From the IMG/VR virus record IMGVR_UViG_3300010970_000163: 20,000 bases of DNA, one strand, 5' to 3'. Of the stretch, positions 6,759 through 16,388 are shown in pieces. A model generated the notes under the pieces. That model saw nothing but the letters and a program-made list of their open reading frames with translations, searched no databases and had not been told where the DNA came from. The position numbers and the translations under genes are program-made. Position 1 is the first letter of the stretch. Every line of letters begins with the position of its first letter. The stretch is from an uncultured virus (IMG/VR IMGVR_UViG_3300010970_000163). Lineage: Duplodnaviria; Heunggongvirae; Uroviricota; Caudoviricetes.

Positions 6759-7388
6759 ATGAAGTATTTGAATTATTTACCTGTTATTTTAAATGATGGA
6801 AATCATTTAGTTACGGGTTTAAATGTTGGGGATGTTAGAATACATATGTCGCTTCATCAAAATGGTCAAGACGCGGAGTATTGGACAAACATTGATTGCA
6901 CAGTACACTCTGATTATTTAACTTGGAAAAAGGGAGATAGCGTATTCATTAAGTACAATGAGATCCGAGAGGTATGCGGTGTGTACGGAGTTTCAAACAG
7001 AATTATTTTTGATGGAGATGCAAAGGTTCATCTCATCAATCCAGAGTTTGTTTATCTTACAATACGTGACGGGGAAATTATTGTTCCTGACGGATTCTCC
7101 CTAGTTCTTCCGGCAATAGAAGAGAAGAAAAAAAGTGAGTATATTATCACGCTTCAAAAGGAAGAGGAGGATTCATTTGAGAAAGATGTATGGAAAATAA
7201 TAAAGGTAGGTGGACCAAGCCCATTGAAAGAGCTTACCTTTGGAACAGACGCTATTCCTCAAGAGGGTTGGTACGTTAAGGTGAAAAAAGATCGTGGTGT
7301 TCCACTAGAAGCTCATTTAAATAAAAAGCTTAAGGAGAGATATTTTTTAATTAGACACAATGAGGTGATGGCTTATGAAATTCGATAG
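6759..7388 (+). CDS. GroES (Cpn10)-like co-chaperonin, probably two tandem domains
   Basis: C-terminal half follows the GroES pattern: VPDGFSLVLPAIEEKKKSEYII...IIKVG...QEGWYVKVKKDRG...RYFLIRHNEVMA; N-terminal half has KKGDSVFIKY. Confidence 0.55.
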   Translation: MKYLNYLPVILNDGNHLVTGLNVGDVRIHMSLHQNGQDAEYWTNIDCTVHSDYLTWKKGDSVFIKYNEIREVCGVYGVSNRIIFDGDAKVHLINPEFVYLTIRDGEIIVPDGFSLVLPAIEEKKKSEYIITLQKEEEDSFEKDVWKIIKVGGPSPLKELTFGTDAIPQEGWYVKVKKDRGVPLEAHLNKKLKERYFLIRHNEVMAYEIR

Positions 7389-8040
7389 TACAGAGTTTGA
7401 GAAATTAAAATATCCGATCCATAAGATACCTATGGATCAGCCTGTATTATTTGAGTTTTCTGACCTGTCTAAATTCTCTATAATATTTTCGGCAAATGAT
7501 TTACCTAAGCAATTAGATCCAGATCTTGTTTTGAGATATTTAATATTGATGTATGACTTAGGATCTCCTGGTCAGGGAATTCCCGATTTAAAGAGAAGAA
7601 AGACATGGGCTATGCAATGCCTGAATATTGAACCTCCATATCCAAAGCATATTACGGATATGCTGTCGTGGAAGATTAAAGGGGTAAACAGAAGGGCAAT
7701 ATATTTCTTACTACTTATGGGTGGTGAGCAGTACATGGTTTGGAAGTCAGCCGAGGAAGCCCTATTGCGTTACACGGAATTAGAGATTAAATTAGAGGCA
7801 GAAGATGAGGCTGCTCAAGCTAAAATAGTTCAGGCAGAAAAGACTCGAAGAGAAATTATTAATATGACAATGAGTCAAATTACTTCCTCTAAGAATGAGT
7901 TTTTGCAAGGTGAAAAAAGTAAGGACCTTGATGATGAGTTGACTGAGTTTACTTTGCTCGATTCACTCGGCATCAGACCGGAAGAATATATTCGTGAATT
8001 TCAAGATAAGGGGGATGTATTCCCTGACATAGATGCGTGA
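7375..8040 (+). CDS. Putative terminase small subunit
   Basis: Directly upstream of and overlapping TerL; helical/coiled-coil C-terminal half; positional inference only. Confidence 0.45.
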   Translation: MKFDSTEFEKLKYPIHKIPMDQPVLFEFSDLSKFSIIFSANDLPKQLDPDLVLRYLILMYDLGSPGQGIPDLKRRKTWAMQCLNIEPPYPKHITDMLSWKIKGVNRRAIYFLLLMGGEQYMVWKSAEEALLRYTELEIKLEAEDEAAQAKIVQAEKTRREIINMTMSQITSSKNEFLQGEKSKDLDDELTEFTLLDSLGIRPEEYIREFQDKGDVFPDIDA

Positions 8041-10441
8041 TAGTAAGTACCCATATCAAATAGCCGACAAGTCTGTGTTTTTAAACACGGACGATGAGGA
8101 CTTGTTCAAAATTGAAATACCTGTTCCAACACCGGAGGAGTATTACAACTTGCCGTATGAAGACGCTATTAAAAAAATAGATGGCTACGGCAATCCCCCA
8201 GACAAGCAAAGATTTGAATATCAAGAGATGCCATCTAAACTAAAGGATGTTGAGGCTGTCATCAGAAAGAAAAAACAAATTAAGCCAAAGGATGTAGTCC
8301 GTCTTGAAGATATAGATGAGGAGCTGTTTAATAATGCTGCCTATTACTCCAAGGAAATTATTTGGATTAAGAAGCAAATAAGAAGGCACTACAAGGGTTA
8401 TTTCTTTTTCAATAACGGTAAACCAACATACGTTCCCGGATGTATGTATACGTATTTAAATTTCTGGCCAATAGGTAATCCTAAGAATAAGAATGGCTTA
8501 CCTGAGTATAGAGATAGAGATAGAAGATGGTTTGTAGGTGTAATGTATTCATATACAACACGAGACGGTGTATTTAAGTACAAGGTAGTTTATACCGATG
8601 GCAACGACTCCTTTGTTAGATACTTTAACAACAAGAAAAGTGTAGAAGAATTTAAAGAGATTAATCCACAATGCTATGTTGAGGAGGGTAACTTTATAGT
8701 TGATACAGGAGAAAGAACGATGTACGGAGTTATCTATCCAAAGCACCGAAGAGAGGGAGCCACATCTCGTGCAGGATTTCTTAACTGGTACGTTACGGCA
8801 ACTCTAGGTATTCAGCGTTTTGGTGGTATACAGAGTATGTCAGACTACCACTCCACTCAAGTATTTGTGGATCACATTGCAAAGCGTCTACGCAGAATGC
8901 CGTTCTTCTTTAAATTAATGACTGAAGGATCTTCCGTTCCAAAAGAGGCCATACAATTTACTGCCCCTGCAAATAGAACGGCAGGAGGTGTTGGAACAAC
9001 TTCTCTCCCTCCACACGAGGGTTGGATAAATCATCGCCCATCAGGAGAGAGAGCATATGATATGGAGAAGCTCCACTTCATCCACCATGATGAGGTTGGT
9101 AAGGTTGATCCTAAGAACGGTATTAACGTCAATATCATTGATAGGTGGAGGGTTGTTATGAAGTGTCTTGCTCAAGGTCCTTATATCCACGGGCTTGGTC
9201 TTTTAACATCTACCCTAGGGGAAATGGAGAAGGGTGGTGGTGATCAGATGAAAAGACTTATCCTCGCTTCCAAGTTTGAATCTCGTAATGATAACGGACA
9301 GACAGCCTCAGGTTTATTTACAATATTCTTTCCGGCATACGATGGCTTAGATGGTTTCATTGATGAATTTGGAAATTCTATTGTTGAGGATCCTAAGAGA
9401 CCTGTTAAAAATAGTGATGGTCGTTTAGTTTCAATTGGAGCTAGAACATATTTAAAGAATAAGAGAAAGTCATTTGAGGCAAATGATGATCAGACTGGGT
9501 TGATTGAAGAGATGCAAAACTTCCCATTTACATTGAAGGAATGTTTCATGTCAGCATCAAAAGATTCATCTTTCCCTGTGTTAAAAATCAGAAGAAGAAT
9601 TAGCGAGTTGACATTCCAGCCTCACCTCACAAGAAAATACAATTTTGAATGGGAGTCAGGCCGTGGATCCCGTGTTATTCTAAAAGAATCGGATGAAGGT
9701 AAATTTATTATCTCTCATCTTCCTCCTCACGGATTAAGGAATCTAAAGGAGTGGGACTCAGACACAGAGTCATGGAGACCATCTTGGAATGTAATGAATA
9801 GATATGTATTAGGAGCCGATCCAGCGAAGTATGAGACGCATGAGGTGAGTGGTAAAAAGAAGTCGTTTCACGCAGGAGCCATGTTCTATAAAAGAGATAT
9901 GTCTACCGATGGTGATAATGGCACTGAAATAAAATTGCGTAGTCAATGGAATAGTGATAAATTTGTACTTACTTACAAACAAAGAGATGTAGGTAGAGAG
10001 GAGTATGCTGATGATATGGCTAAAGCTTGCGTATTTTACGGAGCTATGTTATATCCCGAGATGAATATTACTCACCTCTACGAACACTTCTTAGAGTGGA
10101 AGCTTAGCGGTTACTTGTTATACGATATGAATGAGCAGGGAGAGAAAAAGCCATTGCCAGGTAGAATTACCACGGATGGTTCTAATAACTCAGCAAAACA
10201 GGATATCTTTGACACGTGGGAACAGTACTTGAAGGATGGATGTGAGTATGAGAATCATATTGAAATTTTAGAAGAAACGGCAAATATTGATGGCAGAGCA
10301 GAGATGACAAAGTACGATTTGTTTACAGCTGGAGGCTACGCACTTTTGGGAAGTAAGTCATTATACCCTAAATTTGTAGAAATGAATGAAGAAGCTTCTA
10401 AAATTGATGGTGATTTATTTGGTACTTTTGATTACTTTTGA
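8033..10441 (+). CDS. terL: Terminase large subunit (crAss-like)
   Basis: Walker A-like YPKHRREGAT; Walker B IHHDEVGK; coupling motif LTST; IFFPAY; RNase H-like nuclease LGADP, YPEMN, TKYD. Confidence 0.9.
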   Translation: MRDSKYPYQIADKSVFLNTDDEDLFKIEIPVPTPEEYYNLPYEDAIKKIDGYGNPPDKQRFEYQEMPSKLKDVEAVIRKKKQIKPKDVVRLEDIDEELFNNAAYYSKEIIWIKKQIRRHYKGYFFFNNGKPTYVPGCMYTYLNFWPIGNPKNKNGLPEYRDRDRRWFVGVMYSYTTRDGVFKYKVVYTDGNDSFVRYFNNKKSVEEFKEINPQCYVEEGNFIVDTGERTMYGVIYPKHRREGATSRAGFLNWYVTATLGIQRFGGIQSMSDYHSTQVFVDHIAKRLRRMPFFFKLMTEGSSVPKEAIQFTAPANRTAGGVGTTSLPPHEGWINHRPSGERAYDMEKLHFIHHDEVGKVDPKNGINVNIIDRWRVVMKCLAQGPYIHGLGLLTSTLGEMEKGGGDQMKRLILASKFESRNDNGQTASGLFTIFFPAYDGLDGFIDEFGNSIVEDPKRPVKNSDGRLVSIGARTYLKNKRKSFEANDDQTGLIEEMQNFPFTLKECFMSASKDSSFPVLKIRRRISELTFQPHLTRKYNFEWESGRGSRVILKESDEGKFIISHLPPHGLRNLKEWDSDTESWRPSWNVMNRYVLGADPAKYETHEVSGKKKSFHAGAMFYKRDMSTDGDNGTEIKLRSQWNSDKFVLTYKQRDVGREEYADDMAKACVFYGAMLYPEMNITHLYEHFLEWKLSGYLLYDMNEQGEKKPLPGRITTDGSNNSAKQDIFDTWEQYLKDGCEYENHIEILEETANIDGRAEMTKYDLFTAGGYALLGSKSLYPKFVEMNEEASKIDGDLFGTFDYF

Positions 10442-10442
10442 T
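10423..10442 (+). promoter_or_regulatory. Tandem -7 promoter elements upstream of portal
   Basis: Direct repeat TACTTTTGAT-TACTTTTGAT across the terL stop; both copies match TAnnTTTG. Confidence 0.45.
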
Positions 10443-10451
10443 TATTAAAAT

Positions 10452-12782
10452 ATGAACGAATATACTGTACTGTGGCCTAAGGATGATATCGATCCTAAGA
10501 AAAAGAATAACAACTGGTTATCTCAAGTTGGCCGTGCCATTTTTTATCGTTATGAAAATAACAAAACGTACTACAGTCGTAATGACCTTGCTCGTTTATT
10601 TGAAATAAGAAACTACTCTGAAGGAAGACAAAGTCCTCAGAAGTACATCGATATGTGGGCTACTCGTGGAGATGAGAAGGCTAAGGGTAACTCTAATTTT
10701 AATAACGCGAATGCACGAAGCAGACGTAAGGGATATGCAAATATTGACTTTACTCCATTCTCTATGGCTCCTGAGATCAAGAGAATTATTATGTCTGTAT
10801 TAGGCACAGAGAATCAGAGAATACAAGTAGACTCTATTAATCCTGATGCTCGCAACCAAAGAGCTTTAAAGAAGTACCAATTATACATTAAGAGCAAGTT
10901 AGATCCTATCTTAAAAAAGATAGGTAAACCTCAATTAGCTGAGAATGAGTTCGTTCCTGAAAACATTACAGAATTAGAGCTATATGAGACTCTTGGAGGT
11001 TTTAAATTAAACTTTGAGATCGGCATTGAGAAGCTTGCTGAGTTTGGTTTTAAGAATAGCGACTGGACAAAGATTGAGCGTCAACTTAAAGATGATGCTA
11101 TAAACTACGGGTTTATTGTAGTAAAAGATTATACTGATCCTGATACAGGAATGGCAAAGGTTAAGTATATTGATGTTACTAAATTTGTTTGCGCTTGGAC
11201 GGATGAGAGCCAAGGGGATAACAGTCCATTTGGAGGTCACTTCCAAAAGTACAGTTTGCCAGAAGTTCGTAAGATTCTTCTTCAAAATGGATACTCAGAA
11301 GATGAGACTGAAGGTCTTGTATCAAAGATTGCTAAGTGGTCTTATGACACTGTTTACGCTAACGATAGATACGGTTGGTCATGGTACTCTCAAAGAGACA
11401 CTATTACAGATCGTATGCGTTACGATGACTTCTTTGTAGATGTTCTTGAGTTTGAATATATTTCAAAGGACAGCAACTACTTCAAGAAAAGAAATAGAGA
11501 TGGAAGCGTGCAGTTCTATAAGGATATGTTCGGTGATGTTGTAAACACAGAGAAAAAGAAAACGGTAGTTATTGACGGTCACTTCATATATGAAGGATAC
11601 TTCTTGCCAGGTGCGAATATTACTGTAGGTGGTAAGCAGAAGAACATGAAAAGAGTTAATAAGCAAAAGCCACAACTCTCTTACCGTTTCCTAAGAATCC
11701 CAGGAAAGTCTATCACAGAGACGGCAATGCCTATCTATGACTCAATGCAAATCAACCACCTTAAATTACAGGCGGCTAAATTAGCAGCGGCCCCTAAGGG
11801 TATTGCAATTGATATCGGAGCTTTGAATATTAATAGTATCGCAGGTACTATGTACACTCCATTTGATCTTGTACAAGTTTACTCACAAACGGGTAACTTC
11901 TTCTACAAGTCTTCAATCTTAGGAGGTAAAGTAAATACCTCTCGTTCATTTGATGAGCTAGAGGGTGGTATTGGTAAGCAATTAGCTGAATGGATTACAG
12001 CGTATCAACACGATGTTGAAAAGTTATTGCAGATTACAGGTATCACTCCAACTATGGCTGGTTCTCCTGCTAAGGGTGATAAGCTTGTTGGTATTGCAGA
12101 GCTAGAGGTTGAGGCTACTAACAATGCGTTATGGCCATTGCAACAAGGTATAGAACAATTGAAAATTAAGGCTGCTGAGAATATTATTCTACGTGCCTTA
12201 ACTACAATGAGATACGATAAGGCTACAAGAGATTACTATAGCGGTGTATTTGGACAAGCTTCTGTAGACGCTATGTTGACAGGATCTGAGATGACTCTTG
12301 ATGAGTTAGGTCTCTCTCTTTCAAATAAAGTTTCTCAGACTCAGAAGTTTAAAATTATGGAGGCAGCAGAGACTGCACTTAAAGTTGGCCGCAACGGAAT
12401 GCCGGAGATCGAGCTTGCTGATTACACTATGATCATCGAGATGTTGGAGAAGGGAAGAATCAAGGAGGCTACGTGGTACTTAAATTACAAGTCAGCTAAG
12501 AAGAGAAAGTATAACGATGAAATGGCTGCTCAGAATCAACAGGCACAATCTCAATCATTAATTGATTTAGAGCGAGCTAAGTTGGATGCTGAATTAGCTA
12601 AGATCGATGCTAAGAAAAACGCTACTATTGAACAGGAGACTGTACTCTCTCAATTGAGAATACAAGAAGCTCAAGCTTTACAGGCTGCTAAGACGGAAGG
12701 TAATCTTGCCGAGTTAAAAACAGAAGCATTTCTTCAAGAACAGACCGGAGCAGAGATCACAGGATCTATGAGAAAAAAGTAA
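10452..12782 (+). CDS. Portal protein (crAss-like)
   Basis: 776 aa directly after TerL; RNYSEGRQSPQKY, YANIDFTP, QINHLKLQ...PKGIAID, YSQTG, QITGI motifs; C-terminal coiled-coil barrel. Confidence 0.85.
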   Translation: MNEYTVLWPKDDIDPKKKNNNWLSQVGRAIFYRYENNKTYYSRNDLARLFEIRNYSEGRQSPQKYIDMWATRGDEKAKGNSNFNNANARSRRKGYANIDFTPFSMAPEIKRIIMSVLGTENQRIQVDSINPDARNQRALKKYQLYIKSKLDPILKKIGKPQLAENEFVPENITELELYETLGGFKLNFEIGIEKLAEFGFKNSDWTKIERQLKDDAINYGFIVVKDYTDPDTGMAKVKYIDVTKFVCAWTDESQGDNSPFGGHFQKYSLPEVRKILLQNGYSEDETEGLVSKIAKWSYDTVYANDRYGWSWYSQRDTITDRMRYDDFFVDVLEFEYISKDSNYFKKRNRDGSVQFYKDMFGDVVNTEKKKTVVIDGHFIYEGYFLPGANITVGGKQKNMKRVNKQKPQLSYRFLRIPGKSITETAMPIYDSMQINHLKLQAAKLAAAPKGIAIDIGALNINSIAGTMYTPFDLVQVYSQTGNFFYKSSILGGKVNTSRSFDELEGGIGKQLAEWITAYQHDVEKLLQITGITPTMAGSPAKGDKLVGIAELEVEATNNALWPLQQGIEQLKIKAAENIILRALTTMRYDKATRDYYSGVFGQASVDAMLTGSEMTLDELGLSLSNKVSQTQKFKIMEAAETALKVGRNGMPEIELADYTMIIEMLEKGRIKEATWYLNYKSAKKRKYNDEMAAQNQQAQSQSLIDLERAKLDAELAKIDAKKNATIEQETVLSQLRIQEAQALQAAKTEGNLAELKTEAFLQEQTGAEITGSMRKK

Positions 12783-12811
12783 AATAAAACACACACACAA
12801 ATAATACACGT

Positions 12812-13897
12812 ATGGAAAATGAAGTAAAAGCAACAAGCATCTTTGATGCCTTGGGGTTATCTCCTGAACAAAGTAATGTACAGGATAATTCTCCTGTAGT
12901 AAATAATACTACAGATAACAATGCTGCTCAAAATAATGAGCCTGTTGATAATGCGCCTATTGAAGAGCCTACATTTAAGGCATCTGATCTAAAGGCAATC
13001 TTTGGAGACTTCGAGTCTATCGATTCTATCAAAGAGAAGTACATGACGATTGAAGAACGTGCTAAGAAGTTCGATGAATTTGAGCCTTATATCTCAGAGA
13101 GAGAAACTCTTGTTCGTCAATTAGAGTCTCCATTTGCAAATGAGAAATTAGCAAACTTAAATTCTTTCATTAAGAGTACAGGAATTAACGACTTAGATGT
13201 TGCCAATAAATTTGTTGGTAAGACTGCATCTGAGATGCGTGACACTCCTATTCAAACTATGGCACTTGCTGAAGTGATTAAGGATCCTTCTCTATTGCAA
13301 GACTTGACTTTTGAAGAGATCTGTGAGACTATTGCAGAGGAGAATAACACCTATGTTAATGCCTCTAGTGAAGATATCCCAAAAACAATGAAAATGAAGT
13401 TGGGAAAAAATATCTCTATAGTAGAAGAAAAATTAAAAAATATTGGTGAGAATAAAGATTTTATTGCATCTTTGCGTGAACAAATTAACACTGAGAAAGA
13501 AGGTGTTAATAAGTTAGTTAGTGATTGGAAGCCGATTGTAACAGAGGCATCAAAGATTAACGAACTTGACATTGAGATTGATGGTTTAAAGGTAAAGACT
13601 TCGGTGTCGGAGGAAACCAAAAACCAAATTAATCAAGAGGTCATGGGAATTATTTCTGCGAACCCTTTACCTGCTACCGAACAGAATATGGATGCTATAA
13701 ATTTGTACATCCGCACCCGTGCCGAGGCATTGGAGGCGAAGAATGTATATAAAGCTCTAATAACCGCTGTGAGAGGGGAGGCCCAAGAAGCAGCTCTTAG
13801 AGAGTTTCATAATGGATCGGAAGTAGTTAAACACGAGAAACCTGACGGTAAGTCTGAGAAGTCTCAACTACAGAGGTACTTCGAATCACAACAATAA
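12812..13897 (+). CDS. Putative capsid scaffolding/assembly protein
   Basis: Acidic, helical, with a disordered N-terminus; located between portal and major capsid. Confidence 0.6.
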   Translation: MENEVKATSIFDALGLSPEQSNVQDNSPVVNNTTDNNAAQNNEPVDNAPIEEPTFKASDLKAIFGDFESIDSIKEKYMTIEERAKKFDEFEPYISERETLVRQLESPFANEKLANLNSFIKSTGINDLDVANKFVGKTASEMRDTPIQTMALAEVIKDPSLLQDLTFEEICETIAEENNTYVNASSEDIPKTMKMKLGKNISIVEEKLKNIGENKDFIASLREQINTEKEGVNKLVSDWKPIVTEASKINELDIEIDGLKVKTSVSEETKNQINQEVMGIISANPLPATEQNMDAINLYIRTRAEALEAKNVYKALITAVRGEAQEAALREFHNGSEVVKHEKPDGKSEKSQLQRYFESQQ

Positions 13898-13927
13898 AAA
13901 TGATTCATAAATTTTAAACTTAAGAAA

Positions 13928-15349
13928 ATGGCAAATACATTTGCTCCTGTTTCGGGTGAAGGTTTAAATGGCGGTCTATTATCGTTATTTGACGCTTCAT
14001 ACACAAGTGGACTTTTGGTTCCACATTACTTACGTACCTTGAAAAACAAGTACGGTGACAACGGTCTTTCTGACTTCCAACTTTTGATGGGATTAGGAAT
14101 GAAGCGTGGTGTTCAAAACATCACTGGATGGCACTGGGAAAAAGGTTTCTACGATGCTCCAATCAACGGTACTGTTGATGCAACTGGTGCTAGCCAAATC
14201 ACTGTAGAAGTTACTGCTGAGACTGTAGGTTCTACTAACATCGATTTGATCTACGCTAAAGTTGGTCAAGTAGTTATGATTGCTAGCGAAGCTAGTCTTC
14301 CTTTGGCTCGTGTATCTGCTGTTTCTGCTCCTGTTGCTAACGTATACACTGTAACTCTTGATGCTGTTCAAACAGGATCTCTTACTGGAGTTACTGGAGA
14401 CGTTACTTTGATCGTTGTAGGTTCTGCTTGGGCTGAAGGTTCAGACCAACCAAGTTCATCTCAGTCTTTCTGGACTAAGTACAACTGGCAAACACAAATC
14501 TTCAAGGAGACTTATGAGTTGACTGGTACTCAAAAGACTAACGCCCCTCAATTCATGGAAGTTGAGTACGGTGATGGTCGTACTAAGAAAATGAACGGTT
14601 TCTTCTACGAAGGTCAGGACGAAGCTGAATATCGTTTGATCAAGCAAATCGCTTTATCAATGATCTTCGGTCAAGCTCAAACTAACGCTGCTGTTCCTCA
14701 AACTTTCTCTGGTCTTGATGCTGAGATTGGTGCAAGAGGATACACTGCTGAAATCGGAGCTGCTGCTGGTGACTTTGGTGTTGAAGATTTGCGTACAATC
14801 GCTACTGAAATGTCTAAGCGTTACTCTAGCAACTTGTTCTTGACTTGGTTAACTCAAGAGTTGTACTCTGAAATCAACCAAGACGCTCAATCTACAGGTT
14901 ACTTCGCTAATGCTAACGTAAACGCATTGAACTCTTCAGTTGCTGACGTATTCTTCGGTGGTAACATGAGTGATGTTGAGGCATTAACCGGTACTTTATC
15001 TTATCAAGGTTTGATCGTTGATGGATACAACTTCATGTTGAAGCAAGCTCGTTTCATGCAAGATCCAACTACTTTGGCTGCTGTTAACACTAACGCTTTA
15101 CGCAGACGTGGATGGGTTATTCCATTGAACAAGATGGCTGATGCTGAAGGTGTTCTTCGCAACCGTATCGAGTTGGTTTACAAGGAAATGAACGGATATA
15201 GCCGCTTCATGGAAATCACTGACGATGGACGTGCTTCTGCTCGTAAGATCGGACCAAGTGATGTTGCTAAACTTTACTTGTCTTCAGACTTAGGATTTGA
15301 CTTCTTCGTATTGGAGCAGTTCACTAAGCTTAGCCCAGTAAATCCATAA
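13928..15349 (+). CDS. Major capsid protein
   Basis: 473 aa after portal/scaffold; WHWEK, IVVGSAWAEGSDQP, NWQTQIFKETYELTGT motifs typical of HK97-fold capsids of this group; strong high-expression codon bias (GCT/ACT/GGT/TTC/AAC); followed by a terminator. Confidence 0.88.
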   Translation: MANTFAPVSGEGLNGGLLSLFDASYTSGLLVPHYLRTLKNKYGDNGLSDFQLLMGLGMKRGVQNITGWHWEKGFYDAPINGTVDATGASQITVEVTAETVGSTNIDLIYAKVGQVVMIASEASLPLARVSAVSAPVANVYTVTLDAVQTGSLTGVTGDVTLIVVGSAWAEGSDQPSSSQSFWTKYNWQTQIFKETYELTGTQKTNAPQFMEVEYGDGRTKKMNGFFYEGQDEAEYRLIKQIALSMIFGQAQTNAAVPQTFSGLDAEIGARGYTAEIGAAAGDFGVEDLRTIATEMSKRYSSNLFLTWLTQELYSEINQDAQSTGYFANANVNALNSSVADVFFGGNMSDVEALTGTLSYQGLIVDGYNFMLKQARFMQDPTTLAAVNTNALRRRGWVIPLNKMADAEGVLRNRIELVYKEMNGYSRFMEITDDGRASARKIGPSDVAKLYLSSDLGFDFFVLEQFTKLSPVNP

Positions 15350-15366
15350 TTTTTGGATTAATATAT

Positions 15367-15402
15367 AAAAAGGGGAGGTGAGTTTCTCCCTCCCTTTTTT
15401 TT
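15367..15402 (+). terminator. Intrinsic terminator after major capsid gene
   Basis: AAAAAGGGGAGG-T-GAG-TTT-CTC-CCTCCC-T8. Confidence 0.85.
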
Positions 15403-15442
15403 CTTTTCACACACAAAAAAACAACACAAAAAATCACACACT

Positions 15443-16306
15443 ATGCTATTTATGGACGGTGAAAAATTCTCGCTTGATGCAGAGGATTTAAATCAACTTA
15501 AGTCTGTATTCCCAGACTTCATGTTAAAAAACAAATCTGTTAGAATGACTCACAATGGTGATTCAGTAAGAAAACTACAGACAAACAACCCAATCATTCC
15601 AATGGTATTTGCAAAACCTAAACATGGGATGTTGCTGTTTCATAATTTTGTAGATCCTGTAACAGGAGAACAAAGAGAAGTTCGTTTTAGCGATGGACCT
15701 CCACAATATAGAAATGACGGACGTAAGGTGTTTTCTGCTAAGTCTATGCCTATCGATGCTAATTTCATTTTCGATCCACGTAAGGATAAGGAATTGTTGT
15801 GGTATGTATATAACTTTAGCGGTCTTTTTGCCAATGGTTTAAAGGGAAGATTCAACTCTCCTTATAAATTCTTAATGGTTGAAAGAGAGGCTACAGAGAA
15901 AGCAAATGCACAAATGGCTGAAGCTCGCGCTAAAGTAGCTATTGCAAACTTGACTAAGGAGCAATTGATTGCTTTTGCTAAGGGCAATGTAGGTGTTAAT
16001 GCTGACGATACTAAAGAAGTAATTATCTCTCGTATCTACTCTGCAATGGACAAGAAAGCTGAGTACCGCGAGTATGTAATTGACACTCTAACTCCTCCTC
16101 AAAATAACGATATCCTCGATATCATTGAGAAGGCATGGAACTTAGATCGTTTAGTGCCAAGCATGGATGGAACACAAACAATTCTCATCTATAATGGCAA
16201 AGAAGTAACTCTTGCAGATCTTCCTGTAGACGATAAACAAGGACTGGCAGACTTCCTATCTAAGGACAAAAAAGCCTTAAACCTTGTTAAGAAGGCTATT
16301 AGCTAA
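15443..16306 (+). CDS. Hypothetical protein following the capsid gene (probable virion/assembly protein)
   Basis: 287 aa ORF in the position of the conserved post-capsid gene of crAss-like clusters; CA-rich leader. Confidence 0.7.
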   Translation: MLFMDGEKFSLDAEDLNQLKSVFPDFMLKNKSVRMTHNGDSVRKLQTNNPIIPMVFAKPKHGMLLFHNFVDPVTGEQREVRFSDGPPQYRNDGRKVFSAKSMPIDANFIFDPRKDKELLWYVYNFSGLFANGLKGRFNSPYKFLMVEREATEKANAQMAEARAKVAIANLTKEQLIAFAKGNVGVNADDTKEVIISRIYSAMDKKAEYREYVIDTLTPPQNNDILDIIEKAWNLDRLVPSMDGTQTILIYNGKEVTLADLPVDDKQGLADFLSKDKKALNLVKKAIS

Positions 16307-16326
16307 GAATATTTTATAAAAATCTG

Positions 16327-16359
16327 AAATGGGGTACAGTTTGTACCCTATTTTTTTTT
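16327..16359 (+). terminator. Intrinsic terminator
   Basis: AAATGGGGTACA-GTT-TGTACCCTATTTTTTTTT; followed by the promoter-like TATCTTCG. Confidence 0.85.
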
Positions 16360-16388
16360 ATCTTCGTGGTATAATTCGTAATAAAAAA

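Noticed and set aside
8033..15349. Introns or inteins in terL, portal or capsid genes
   Set aside because: ORFs are continuous and of expected size; no intein terminal HN-C/S/T or homing-endonuclease motifs recognised
16329..16388. N-terminal extension of ORF 16329..17783
   Set aside because: The ATG lies inside the terminator stem; ATG 16389 has the typical A-rich leader
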